Below, piece after piece: positions 44,577-54,379 of a stretch of DNA of 64,000 nucleotides (positions within the stretch are counted from its first letter, which is position 1; each line of letters begins with the position of its first letter). Made by a program: the position numbers and the translations under genes. The notes beneath the pieces are model-generated. The model did no database searches and was not told the DNA's origin. It was given only the letters and a program-made list of their open reading frames with translations. Source of the DNA: an uncultured virus (IMG/VR IMGVR_UViG_3300048589_001558) (Duplodnaviria; Heunggongvirae; Uroviricota; Caudoviricetes); IMG/VR virus record IMGVR_UViG_3300048589_001558; one strand, written 5' to 3'.

Positions 44577-46560
44577 CGAGTGGGGCCGCAGCAACCGAAC
44601 GTATCCTCCGACGGCCGCCTATCCAGGTCCTCGCGAACCCGGCAAGACGCCATACATGATCCCGTTCGAGCGCGCCGTGCATGCCCGCACGCATAAGCGG
44701 GTCGTCATGGCGATGTTCGCGCAGGGCGGCAAATCGGAGGCGCTTCTCGACATCATCGGCGAGCGGCTCGACACGTCGCCGGTTCCGATCCTGTACGTCG
44801 GCCCCAACCAGCAGTTCATCCGTGAGCAGTGGGAACCCCGCATCATGGACCTGCTGGACGAGGCCCCTGTCCTTTCGAAGAAGGTCGGCAGAGGGCAAAA
44901 GAACAAGAAGACCCGCAAGGTGATCTCCGGCGTTCCGCTGCGCCTCGCGCATGGCGGGTCATCCACGGCCTTGAAATCCGATCCTTTCGGTCTCGCGCTG
45001 ACGGATGAGGCCGACGAACTGCTCGCCAATGTGCGGAAGGCCGGCAACCCGATCGAACTCATCGACATCCGTGGCTCCACCTACGGGCCCGGCTTTGTCC
45101 ATGCCATCGTCTCGACACCAAGCGAAGGGCCTGCCGACGTGACGGTCGATCCGGAAAGCGGCCTCGAATTCTGGGCGGACACCGATCGCAACGAAGTCGC
45201 CTCGACGATCTGGCAACTCTGGCTGTCAGGAACGAAGTACCATTGGGCTTGGCCCTGCCCGCACTGCGGCGAGTATTTCATTCCGCGTTTCCGCTGCCTC
45301 GCATGGGACAAGCCTCGCGATGCCGACGGACGCGAGTTGAAGTCCACGCCGCACATGGCGGGAAAGACCGCGCATCTGGTGTGTCCCCGGAATGGATGCC
45401 TGATCTACGAGGATCAGGTGGTTTCCGGCACGAACCGATCGGTCAAGGAGTGGATGAACGATCAGGGCGTCTATGTCGCGCCCGGCCAAACGGTCACTCC
45501 GGACGGTCTTGTAGAAGGGCTGGAGCCGGAAAGCTGGACGATCTCCTATTGGGTGTCGGGCTTGGCATCGCCTTTCGTGTCATGGGGCGAGCGGGCAGCG
45601 GCCTACGTGAACGCCGCCCGATCCGGCGACCACGAGCAGATCAAGGTCGTCATCAATGGCGGCTTCGGGGAGCTCTATGTTCCCGGCGACGGCGAAGTTC
45701 CCGAGTGGGCGGAGGTTCAGAAGCTGGGCGAGGCGGCGCCAGAACCGTTTCACCTAGGGCAGATTCCCGAGTGGATACAGGTCGTCACCATGACGGTAGA
45801 CGTCCAGAAGAATCGCCTCGTTTTCACGAAGCGCGGCTGGGGCGCGCATGGCACGTCCTGCATGATCGCAGCGGGCGAGATCTTCGGCGATACTGGCGAG
45901 GACCAGCCCTGGGACGACCTCGCCGCCGAGATGACCGAGCCGGTCGACGGCCTGCCGGTTCGGCTCGTTTTGGTGGATTCAGGCTTTCGGCCGGGCAAGA
46001 AGAACGCGGTAGCCGATCACCGCGTCTATGAATTCTGCCGGCGCTTCCCGAATCTGGTGCGCGCGACGAAAGGCTCGTCGAACCCGATGCGGAAGCCGAT
46101 CAAGGCCTCCCAGATCGACATCAAGCTGAACGGCCGGGAATTCAAGAAGGGCCTGCACCTGCTGCTGCTCGACACCGACCATTTCAAATCCGCCGTCCAC
46201 GCCAAGGTGCGGTGGCCGGAGGGCGCGCCCGGCGGCTTCTTCCTTCCGATAGACGTCTCCGAGGACTACTGCATGCAGATCGTCTCGGAGGCCCGGGTGA
46301 AAACCCCGAACGGCAAGGTCAAATGGGTGCAGCGCAGCAAGGAAAACCACTTCCTCGACTGCGAAGCGATGCAGGAAGCTGCAGGAATGCTGCTCAACGT
46401 GCGCATGCTGCGCGGCGAGCGACCACAGCCAAAGCGACGTGCGAAACTGTCCCGCGAACTAGACGCGCTGGATCTTCCGCTCGTTCCCGACAACCGCCGC
46501 CGCGAACAGCCTCCCGAGAGGCGTGAGAGCTGGCTTCCCCGAGAGAGCATCTGGCGATGA
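44548..46560 (+). CDS. Terminase large subunit (GpA family)
   Basis: TPYM, AQGGKSE, DEAD, STP, WPCPHCGE, TVDVQ, DSG, NHFLDCE. Confidence 0.95.
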   Translation: MKPTIRTTPDEWGRSNRTYPPTAAYPGPREPGKTPYMIPFERAVHARTHKRVVMAMFAQGGKSEALLDIIGERLDTSPVPILYVGPNQQFIREQWEPRIMDLLDEAPVLSKKVGRGQKNKKTRKVISGVPLRLAHGGSSTALKSDPFGLALTDEADELLANVRKAGNPIELIDIRGSTYGPGFVHAIVSTPSEGPADVTVDPESGLEFWADTDRNEVASTIWQLWLSGTKYHWAWPCPHCGEYFIPRFRCLAWDKPRDADGRELKSTPHMAGKTAHLVCPRNGCLIYEDQVVSGTNRSVKEWMNDQGVYVAPGQTVTPDGLVEGLEPESWTISYWVSGLASPFVSWGERAAAYVNAARSGDHEQIKVVINGGFGELYVPGDGEVPEWAEVQKLGEAAPEPFHLGQIPEWIQVVTMTVDVQKNRLVFTKRGWGAHGTSCMIAAGEIFGDTGEDQPWDDLAAEMTEPVDGLPVRLVLVDSGFRPGKKNAVADHRVYEFCRRFPNLVRATKGSSNPMRKPIKASQIDIKLNGREFKKGLHLLLLDTDHFKSAVHAKVRWPEGAPGGFFLPIDVSEDYCMQIVSEARVKTPNGKVKWVQRSKENHFLDCEAMQEAAGMLLNVRMLRGERPQPKRRAKLSRELDALDLPLVPDNRRREQPPERRESWLPRESIWR

Positions 46561-46769
46561 GCGAATTCACCACCGAGGAGAAGCAGGAGCTTCTTCGCGA
46601 ACTCCGCGAGGCCCGCTACAGCGGCGTGCTGCGCGTGAAGTTCCGGGAGCGTGACGTCACGTATCGGTCCGATGCCGAACTGAAGAAGGCCATCAAGGAT
46701 CTGGAGAAGGAGCTCAACCCGAAGGCAGAGCGCCAGGTCGGCTTCGCGGCATTCGGCACCGGTCTCTAG
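46557..46769 (+). CDS. Head-tail joining protein (gpW-like)
   Basis: SGVLRVKFRERDVTYRSDAELKKAI; between terminase and portal. Confidence 0.85.
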   Translation: MSEFTTEEKQELLRELREARYSGVLRVKFRERDVTYRSDAELKKAIKDLEKELNPKAERQVGFAAFGTGL

Positions 46770-46777
46770 CATTCACC

Positions 46778-48355
46778 ATGCCGAACTGGTTTGAACGTGC
46801 ACTGGCGACGGTGGCGCCGGCGACGGCCGCTCGTCGCGCTGCGGAGCGCCGGCGCTTCGATCTCATCGAAGGTCTGCGCGCATACGATGGCGCTTCTCGG
46901 GGCCGCCGGCTCGGCCATTGGCTGACGCAGGGCACTGCGGCCGACGCCGAGATCGCAACGGCTGCGCCGATCCTGCGGCAACGCGCACATGATCTGTGCC
47001 GCAACAACCCTGTAGCGGCGCGCATTCCGACAGCTCACGCCGACAACATCATCGGCGCCGGCATCGTCCCACGCGCGAAAACCGGCAACCCGGAGCTGGA
47101 CAAGAAGATCAACGCCGCCTTCGACCAGTGGGCCATGCAGGCGTCGGTCGAGGGCACTCTCGACTTCTACGGGCTCCAGCACCAAGCCGTCCACGGCATG
47201 GTCGAGGGCGGCGAGATGTTCGCGCAGCGACGGATCGTGAAGCCGCCGCGCGACCTGATGCTGGGAAAGGACGAATTCTTCGTCCCGCTGAAACTGGAGC
47301 TGCTCGAATCCGACTGTTGCGACAATCAGAAGAACGAGCAGGCCGGAAACGGAATTATCGTCAATGGCATCGAATACCGGAACCGCGTGCGCCGCGGCTA
47401 CTGGATGTTCGAGCAACACCCTGGCGCCGCGGTGAAAGACCCGAAGGCGTCGCAGCAGAGCGTATTCGTCAAGGCCTCGGAGATTGTGCATCTCTTCGAG
47501 CCACTAAGGACGCAGAACCGCGGCGTGACCTGGCTGGCGCCCGTGATCGTCACGCTCAAGGAACTGGACGAATATAACGCAGCCGAGTTGATCCGGAAGA
47601 AGATCGAGGCGTGCGTCGTAGCCGTTGTCATCCCCGGCGACGTCGACGACACCGCTCCGCTCGGCAACGAGGACACCAGCGTCACGGACGCCAATGGAAA
47701 TCCTGTCGAGCGTTTCGAGCCCGGCATGGTCGCCTATGCTCACAACGGTCGGGACGTGAAGTTCAGCAACCCGGCAATCTCGGCGGGCATCGAAGCCTAT
47801 GTGCGCATTCATCTGCGCCGCATCGCTTCCGGCGTTCGCCTTCCGTATCCGTACCTGACGACGGATACGAGCCAGAACAACCACTCCGCCGACCGATCGG
47901 CGGTCCAGCAGTACCGCCGATTTGTCGAGCATGTGCAGTGGCACATCTTCATCGCGCAATTCCTTGCGCCGATCATGGCGTGGTGGACGGAGGCAGCCCG
48001 GTTCGCCGGTGTAGTGGACCAGAACACGGTGGTGGGCTGGGAGTATTCGACGCCAAAGAACGAGTCGATCAATCCGATCGACGACGTGAAGGCGGACCTC
48101 ATGGAGGTCCGCGCTGGCTTTCGCTCCATGCCCGACGTGATTGCGTCGCGCGGGCGGATCGCTTCCGAGGTTCTGACCGAGATCGCGGAGACAAACACCG
48201 AGATCGACCGTCTCGGGCTCACCCTCGATTCCGACCCTCGCAAGGTTTCGATCAACGGCCAGGTCCAACTTGGATCGGGCGAGGACAGCGCGCCGGAGAA
48301 CGACAAGCCGGCCCCCACCACGAAGGCGAAGGGCAATGCCAAAGCGGCTCAGTGA
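46778..48355 (+). CDS. Portal protein, lambda family
   Basis: YDGAS.GRR, LRQRAHDLCRNN, LDFYGLQ, RGVTWLAPV, INPIDDV. Confidence 0.95.
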   Translation: MPNWFERALATVAPATAARRAAERRRFDLIEGLRAYDGASRGRRLGHWLTQGTAADAEIATAAPILRQRAHDLCRNNPVAARIPTAHADNIIGAGIVPRAKTGNPELDKKINAAFDQWAMQASVEGTLDFYGLQHQAVHGMVEGGEMFAQRRIVKPPRDLMLGKDEFFVPLKLELLESDCCDNQKNEQAGNGIIVNGIEYRNRVRRGYWMFEQHPGAAVKDPKASQQSVFVKASEIVHLFEPLRTQNRGVTWLAPVIVTLKELDEYNAAELIRKKIEACVVAVVIPGDVDDTAPLGNEDTSVTDANGNPVERFEPGMVAYAHNGRDVKFSNPAISAGIEAYVRIHLRRIASGVRLPYPYLTTDTSQNNHSADRSAVQQYRRFVEHVQWHIFIAQFLAPIMAWWTEAARFAGVVDQNTVVGWEYSTPKNESINPIDDVKADLMEVRAGFRSMPDVIASRGRIASEVLTEIAETNTEIDRLGLTLDSDPRKVSINGQVQLGSGEDSAPENDKPAPTTKAKGNAKAAQ

Positions 48356-50513
48356 CGATCAGCAGACGATAAGGATTCCTCCGAAACTCTTCGGCGAGGT
48401 CCAGGTTCGCGCCGACACCTTCAACGAGGACGATCGCACCGTCGAGATCGTGTGGGCGGCCGGCGCGTCGGTTCGTCGGTATTCATGGGACGAAGGGTAC
48501 TACATGGAGGAACTCTCCATGGACCCCAAGCATATCCGCATGGAACGTTTCGCGACCGGCATGTCCTTGCTGGATTCGCACGACTCCTGGTCGATGGACT
48601 CGCGTCTCGGTACTGTCGTGCCCGGGAGCGTTCGCGTCGAGGGGGGCAAGGGGACTGCCCGGGTCAAGCTTTCGCGCAAACAGCGCGCGGAAGAACTGCT
48701 TCAGGATCTGCGTGACGGCCACCCGTTCCCGGTAAGCGTCGGCTACAAGATCCACGCGTATGAGCGCCGCGACGGCGACAACAACGCGCTACCCACGCTT
48801 CGGGCTGTCGATTGGGAGCCTATGGAATTGTCGGCGGTCCCCGTGCCTGCCGATGCCGGTGCGCATTCTCGCTCCGCCGAGAACGCCGACACATCTGAAT
48901 GCATCGTGATCCGGCACGACGCCCCCGCCGCCTCGTCGGCAACTCAAATGGAGAAACCCATGAATAAGCGAGAGGCCGCGAAGAAGTATTCCGGCGACCA
49001 GCTTGACGCACTTGCCCTTGGCGCGGGGATCACGCGCTCTGCGAACGAGACGGACGAGGCTCTGCGTGCTCGCCTGCTCGCCGCCTACGATACCGAAGAT
49101 GCCGCCGCCGAACAGGCAAGGCGGGAGACGGAGGAGCGCACTCGCCGCGAGGCCGAGGAGGCGGATCGCCGCAACGCGCCTCCGGCACCGCAGCAGGTCG
49201 ACCAAGATGCCATCCGCCGTCAGGCGGCTGAGACCGAGCGCGCGCGCGTCAGCGACATCCACGCGATCGCGGCCCGGCACGATGTTCCCGCGCAGGTTCT
49301 GAAAGACGCGATCGACAAAGGAACCTCCGTCGACGCCTTTCGGGCGAAGGTTCTCGATATGCTGGTTGAGGAGAGTGATCGAACCCAGATCAACCCACTC
49401 GTCGACCAGCACGGCCGCCGGCAGGATGAGGTGGACACGCGCCGCGCCGCGGTGGTCAACGCGCTCATGCACCGCATGAACGGCAGCATCGAGTTGAAGC
49501 CTGAAGCCCGCGAATGGCGCGGTCTCTCGCTGCTTGAGACCGGCCGCGAGCTGCTCCGGATGAACGGAGTGAATGTCCGGGGCATGAGTCGCATGGAATT
49601 GGCGACAAAGCTCTTCGAGCGTGGCGCCTACAATACGACGTCCGACTTCCCGATCATTCTGGAGCAGATAACCAACCGGACGCTCCGCGCCGCCTACGAT
49701 GTGTACGGCCAGACGTTCAAGGCGTTCTGCCGCAAGGTGACCGCCGTGGACTTCAAGGATATGCACCGCGTGCAGGTCGGCGAGGTCGGTGATCTCAAGA
49801 AGGTCAACGAGCATGGCGAATACGAATCCACGACCTTCGGTGAAGGGAAGGAAAAGTACCGTATCGCCACCTATGGCCGCATCATCGGCATCACCCGTCA
49901 GGTGATTATCAACGACGACCTCGGCGTCTTCACCAACATGGCTCAGAAGTTCGGCAATGCGGTTGCGCGTCTGGAATCGAAGGTCGTGTGGGGTATCATC
50001 ATCGACAATCAGAAGATGTCGTCTGATGGGAAGGCCATATTCCATGCGGATCACGCCAACCTGACCGGCACCGGTACGGCGCTTTCCGCCACATCGCTCA
50101 ACGTCGGTCGCGCCATGATGGGCAAGCACAAGGATATCGACAACCGCGATCTCCTCGATATTCGCCCGAAATTCCTGCTTCACGCGCCGGAAATCGCGTT
50201 CACCGTCGCTCAATTGTTCGGCTCTTTCAGTCCGACCAAGACCAGCGACATCGTTCCTGACTACGTGCGCGCGCTCACGCCGATCGAGGAAAACCGGCTT
50301 TCGAGCCTGAACACCGGTCTTACCTGGCACCTCGTCGCCGATCCGAACCAGATCGACACCATCGAGTACGCCTACCTTGAAGGCAACGAAGGTCCTTACA
50401 CCGAGACGGAGCAGGGCTTCGACATCGATGGCATGCGCGTGAAGGTCCGCCAGGACTTCGGCGCAGCGCCGATCGACTGGCGCGGCTTCTATCGGAACAA
50501 CGGCGCGGCATAA
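48336..50513 (+). CDS. Prohead protease-scaffold-major capsid fusion protein
   Basis: LLDSH, VSVGY, WEPMELSAVPVPAD; then TTSDFPIIL, TYGR, EYAYLEG, DFGAAPIDWRG. Confidence 0.93.
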   Translation: MPKRLSDDQQTIRIPPKLFGEVQVRADTFNEDDRTVEIVWAAGASVRRYSWDEGYYMEELSMDPKHIRMERFATGMSLLDSHDSWSMDSRLGTVVPGSVRVEGGKGTARVKLSRKQRAEELLQDLRDGHPFPVSVGYKIHAYERRDGDNNALPTLRAVDWEPMELSAVPVPADAGAHSRSAENADTSECIVIRHDAPAASSATQMEKPMNKREAAKKYSGDQLDALALGAGITRSANETDEALRARLLAAYDTEDAAAEQARRETEERTRREAEEADRRNAPPAPQQVDQDAIRRQAAETERARVSDIHAIAARHDVPAQVLKDAIDKGTSVDAFRAKVLDMLVEESDRTQINPLVDQHGRRQDEVDTRRAAVVNALMHRMNGSIELKPEAREWRGLSLLETGRELLRMNGVNVRGMSRMELATKLFERGAYNTTSDFPIILEQITNRTLRAAYDVYGQTFKAFCRKVTAVDFKDMHRVQVGEVGDLKKVNEHGEYESTTFGEGKEKYRIATYGRIIGITRQVIINDDLGVFTNMAQKFGNAVARLESKVVWGIIIDNQKMSSDGKAIFHADHANLTGTGTALSATSLNVGRAMMGKHKDIDNRDLLDIRPKFLLHAPEIAFTVAQLFGSFSPTKTSDIVPDYVRALTPIEENRLSSLNTGLTWHLVADPNQIDTIEYAYLEGNEGPYTETEQGFDIDGMRVKVRQDFGAAPIDWRGFYRNNGAA

Positions 50514-50536
50514 CCACAGCCCAACAGAAATCACCG

Positions 50537-50565
50537 AGACGCCGCGTCGAAGCTCGGCGTCTTTG
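50537..50565 (+). terminator. Probable terminator after capsid gene
   Basis: AGACGCCG...CGGCGTCT-TTGT. Confidence 0.5.
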
Positions 50566-50596
50566 TATCAAGCATATCGTTTCGAGGAACGGAACC

Positions 50597-50929
50597 ATGA
50601 AGAACCACGTGAAGACAGGCGGCATGCTCACCGCGATCGCTCCCGTCAACGGAGTGGTGAGCGGTGCCTTCGTGATTGTAGGGGCGGCTTTCGGAATTGC
50701 AGCAACCTCGGCGCTCGAAGGCGAGGAATACGAGCTCAAGCTTGGCGAGATCTGGGAACTGCCGAAGACGTCAGCGCAGGCCTGGACACTCGGTGCCGCC
50801 ATATACTGGGATGCCGCCAATTCAGTCGCAACGACGACTTCGTCGGGCAATACTAAGATCGGCGTCGCGGCCGCGGTCGCGGCCAACCCCTCTGCCACCG
50901 GCATCGTTCGCCTCAACTCGAACTTCTAA
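50597..50929 (+). CDS. DUF2190 capsid cement/decoration protein
   Basis: MKNHVKTG, GVVSG, ELPK, IYWD, IGVA, VRLN. Confidence 0.88.
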   Translation: MKNHVKTGGMLTAIAPVNGVVSGAFVIVGAAFGIAATSALEGEEYELKLGEIWELPKTSAQAWTLGAAIYWDAANSVATTTSSGNTKIGVAAAVAANPSATGIVRLNSNF

Positions 50930-50936
50930 GCCAGTC

Positions 50937-51359
50937 ATGTCCATCTTCGACCGCCTTGACCGCATGGCGAGCAAGGCGGTCGATCGCATCAATGCCATCG
51001 GCTTCACGCTGACACCGATGGTGAAGACACCGAACGGCCGCGCACGTCCGGACGACGATCGGCCTGTAGTCACCGGAAAGGCCGTCTTCGACTATTTCGA
51101 GGCCGAGTACGGCATCGAGCTCGGCGTCCGCAAGAGCTACCGGGAATCAAACGACCTGCGCGCGCTGCAAAGCGGCCGCGAACCGCTGGTCTCGATCGAC
51201 CGCAAGTATTTCGCCACGCTGGCCAGCGAGCCGCGACAGGGCGATGTCATAGAATTTGACGAGCGCGCGAACCTCCCGCGCTTCGAGGTGGTTTCCGCCA
51301 AGCGTGACGGTCAGGCGCGCATGCTCGTGCAACTGGTGCACCTCGGAAGCCAGGCATGA
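50937..51359 (+). CDS. Head-tail connector (gpFII-like)
   Basis: Position; EPRQGDVIEF...FEVVSAKRDG. Confidence 0.6.
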   Translation: MSIFDRLDRMASKAVDRINAIGFTLTPMVKTPNGRARPDDDRPVVTGKAVFDYFEAEYGIELGVRKSYRESNDLRALQSGREPLVSIDRKYFATLASEPRQGDVIEFDERANLPRFEVVSAKRDGQARMLVQLVHLGSQA

Positions 51360-52120
51360 ACCTTGACCGGCTGGTACTCCGGTGGGCGTGGGTGCATGCC
51401 CTCACGAATTTCTCAACGCCGCCCTTTCCCACGCTCGCAGGCAATCTGGTCTACGATTCCAAGATCGAGCCGGCCGAGGATTTCAAGGAGGATCAGATCC
51501 TCCCGCTATGCGTCGTGTATACTGATTACGACCGCTATCACTGGCTGCACCAAAGCCTGAATGGCCGTGATCGCCTGCTGACGGTGACGCTGGAGCTGCT
51601 GGTTGCGCAGATCAAGGAGTTGCCCGGCGACGAGGGCTTTGCGGTTCGTTTTCCGAACACCGATCCCGAGCTCGAAGCGTCGCTCGACCTGTTCGAGATG
51701 CAGGTTGCGCGAGCCATCCGGGCATCGAACGCTGCTGCAGAATGCGTGAGGCATTTCATGCCGGCGATTCACGACGTCATCAGTCGCCGCGGCGCCACGG
51801 TAGAGGGCGGCCAGAAGCTTGCGGCCCGGCAGATTACGATCGAAGCAAAGGTGCCGCGCGGGCCGGCCAAAGGCGTAGTCGCGCCCCATGTGGCCGCGTT
51901 CCTCGATAAGCTTGAGGAGTATGACGACTACAAGCCGATGATCGCCGAGGTGCGCGCTGCCTATACCGCCGACGCAGGACTGACGTCGGCAGAGCAGATG
52001 ATCAGCGCAATGGGGTGGACGACGAAGACCGGCCAGATGCTCGGCTATGAAAGCGGCCCCGCCGTGCTGCTGCCACCGAATATCCAGTGGCTTGGCCCTT
52101 CCGGGAGCCCATTGCCTTGA
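51356..52120 (+). CDS. Neck / tail-terminator-like structural protein
   Basis: Position; VYDSKIEP...PLCVVYTD. Confidence 0.55.
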   Translation: MNLDRLVLRWAWVHALTNFSTPPFPTLAGNLVYDSKIEPAEDFKEDQILPLCVVYTDYDRYHWLHQSLNGRDRLLTVTLELLVAQIKELPGDEGFAVRFPNTDPELEASLDLFEMQVARAIRASNAAAECVRHFMPAIHDVISRRGATVEGGQKLAARQITIEAKVPRGPAKGVVAPHVAAFLDKLEEYDDYKPMIAEVRAAYTADAGLTSAEQMISAMGWTTKTGQMLGYESGPAVLLPPNIQWLGPSGSPLP

Positions 52121-52563
52121 ATTTCGACATCGTCTTCGCGAAGCTCATGGCCCGCATCGAGCACCTTGAGCGCGTCGTAAATCAGCAGGATCGCCGGCTG
52201 AACGAGATGTTCCGAGAAGGCGAGATCGTCAAGGCTTACGAGGACGGGACCTACGAAGCGAAGTTCTACGGCGACGAGTCCATGTCGAAGCGGATCGAGC
52301 ATCCGCAACAGGCCGGTGAGATCAGCGATTGGGTACCCTACAGCCAAGGCCAACGAGTTATGCTGATCAATCCGAGCGGTGAGCCAGGCAAGGGTTTCAT
52401 TATCCCGGCCGGCTACACCGAGACTTTCGATCAGCCGCACAACAAGCTTGGCGAGGCATATCGGAAGGTGGGCGCATCGACCGATCTCACGACCGGTGGC
52501 AAGCGCCACATCACGTCCGGCGAGGTGGTCATCACCGCGACCGGAAGCGGTCATCTGCGGTGA
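52117..52563 (+). CDS. Baseplate assembly protein V (short spike)
   Basis: RRLNEMFREG, WVPYSQGQRVMLINPSGE. Confidence 0.75.
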   Translation: MNFDIVFAKLMARIEHLERVVNQQDRRLNEMFREGEIVKAYEDGTYEAKFYGDESMSKRIEHPQQAGEISDWVPYSQGQRVMLINPSGEPGKGFIIPAGYTETFDQPHNKLGEAYRKVGASTDLTTGGKRHITSGEVVITATGSGHLR

Positions 52564-52566
52564 ATC

Positions 52567-52830
52567 GTGCCGCTCTGCGTCCGGGTTGGAGACACTAGTA
52601 CGCACGGCGGCGAAGTCGTCACCGGCGCATCGAAGTGGGATTGTGAGGGCGACGGCAAGATGATCGCCCGCATCGGCGACATCCTCAACTGCCCTATCCA
52701 TGGCCCGAACCCCATCGTCTCCGGTTCGTCGAACTGGAAATGCGAGGAGATTCCGATCGCGCGGCATGGCGACACCACAGCCTGTGGTGCGGCGCTGATC
52801 TCCGGCGCTGAGAAATGGGACGTCAACTGA
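52567..52830 (+). CDS. PAAR spike-tip protein
   Basis: RVGDTSTHGG, IARIGD.LNCPIHG, IARHGDTTACGA. Confidence 0.9.
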   Translation: MPLCVRVGDTSTHGGEVVTGASKWDCEGDGKMIARIGDILNCPIHGPNPIVSGSSNWKCEEIPIARHGDTTACGAALISGAEKWDVN

Positions 52831-52847
52831 TCTACGGAGCAAACATC

Positions 52848-53072
52848 GTGAAGAAGAGCGACGGCAAAAAGTCCTGGTACGTGCAGCCGGACGAGGGCGC
52901 CTGGGTCAATGGCGTGTTCGAGAAGCAGAACAGCACCGTTTTCATGACTGACGACGAGGCGAAGTACCTCGTCATGGCAAACGTGCTCAGCGACAAGCCT
53001 GTCGTGAAGGAAGCTCCACCCCCGGCTGCGACCTCCGCCGAAAAGCCGGCGAAGAAGGGCAGCGCGAAGTAG
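52848..53072 (+). CDS. Small hypothetical structural-module protein
   Basis: GGAG SD, GTG start; MTDDEAKYL. Confidence 0.6.
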   Translation: MKKSDGKKSWYVQPDEGAWVNGVFEKQNSTVFMTDDEAKYLVMANVLSDKPVVKEAPPPAATSAEKPAKKGSAK

Positions 53073-53076
53073 TCAC

Positions 53077-53502
53077 GTGTCGTCTGTCGGCATCGATGCC
53101 CGCACCGGCAAGCTGCTGGTCGGGTGGGACCATATCGTCCACTGCATCGGGCGGACACTGATGACGGAACTTGGCTCGCGCGCGGAACGGCGCGACCTGG
53201 GGTCGCTTGTCCCGCGTCTGCAGGACCGCCCCCAGAACGAGGAAACCCTCGTCAACTTCTACATGGCGATCGCTGAGGCATTGGAGCCGCGGCGGCGGCA
53301 CGGGCAATGGTACGGTGAGCCGCGTTTCGCGCTCGGCCAGGTTCGTTTCAAGGCTGACGTCCCGGGCGAGGTGACAGTCGCGTTGATCGGCGACGAGGTG
53401 CCGAACGGACACAAAGGCGATTTCGCGAAAACCACGCCCCGCGTCGTGACCTACGCGGTCAACAGCCTTTCGGAAACGGTCAACCTCGAACTGGTGCGGT
53501 GA
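53077..53502 (+). CDS. Baseplate wedge gpW/gp25-like
   Basis: GIDARTG, TELGSRAERRDLGS, EPRF. Confidence 0.85.
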   Translation: MSSVGIDARTGKLLVGWDHIVHCIGRTLMTELGSRAERRDLGSLVPRLQDRPQNEETLVNFYMAIAEALEPRRRHGQWYGEPRFALGQVRFKADVPGEVTVALIGDEVPNGHKGDFAKTTPRVVTYAVNSLSETVNLELVR

Positions 53503-53503
53503 G

Positions 53504-54379
53504 ATGGCGCCTCGGTTTTCTGCGACATCGCTGGACCTGTCGCGGCTCGACCGGGCGGCTCTCTGGCCTCCGGTCTCGTTCGACGCGCTGGTTGCAGCGC
53601 GTATTTCCGACCTCCGGGAATGGATGACCGAGAAGGGCATTCCGTTCGACACGGAGGAGATCGAGGCGGAAGTCAGCGCCTCAATACAGGAGGCGAGCGC
53701 GGTCAGGGAGCAGAAGGCGCTCGAAGCCAAAAGCCAGGCTCAGGCCGATGTACTTGTCGCCTTCGCACACGGGGTATTCCTCGACCGGCTTGGGGACTTC
53801 TACGGCACCGCCCGGTTTGTCGGCGAGAGCGACGACCGGTATCGGCGCCGTATACAGCTCGCGCCCGAAGCGTTCAGCACCGCTGGATCGCACGGAGCAT
53901 ATGTCTATCACGCACTGTCATCGGACTCGCGTGTGCTGAACGCCGATGTCTGGTCGCCGAAAGAGGGGCGCGTTGTCGTTGCAATTCAATCGGCCATGGG
54001 CAACGGGATACCGAGCGAAGATCTCCTTCGCGTCGTGCGCAGCTATCTCAACCGCCCTGATATCAAGCCTCTCACGGACGTGGTGCTCGTGCGCGCGGCA
54101 GCACCGATCTACTACACGGTCGATGGCGACCTGTATGTTCTCGATGGACCCGATCATGCCGTCGTCAAGTCCGGTTCCATCGCGTCCGTCGAAGCCCTGA
54201 CGCTCAATCGTCGTACACCCGGGCGCGATGTACCTCTGTCCGCGATTTATGCCGCGGCCAGCATCGGCCCTGTCGACAAGGTGGTCCTGCGATCGCCGGT
54301 AGCCGACATCGTGATCGGCAACGGTCAGGTTGCCATCTGCCAAGGTATCAGCCTCCGGGTGATCACCTATGGCGGGTGA
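53504..54379 (+). CDS. Baseplate assembly protein J
   Basis: ESDDRYRRRIQLAPEAFSTAGS.GAY.YHALS, PLTDVV. Confidence 0.92.
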   Translation: MAPRFSATSLDLSRLDRAALWPPVSFDALVAARISDLREWMTEKGIPFDTEEIEAEVSASIQEASAVREQKALEAKSQAQADVLVAFAHGVFLDRLGDFYGTARFVGESDDRYRRRIQLAPEAFSTAGSHGAYVYHALSSDSRVLNADVWSPKEGRVVVAIQSAMGNGIPSEDLLRVVRSYLNRPDIKPLTDVVLVRAAAPIYYTVDGDLYVLDGPDHAVVKSGSIASVEALTLNRRTPGRDVPLSAIYAAASIGPVDKVVLRSPVADIVIGNGQVAICQGISLRVITYGG

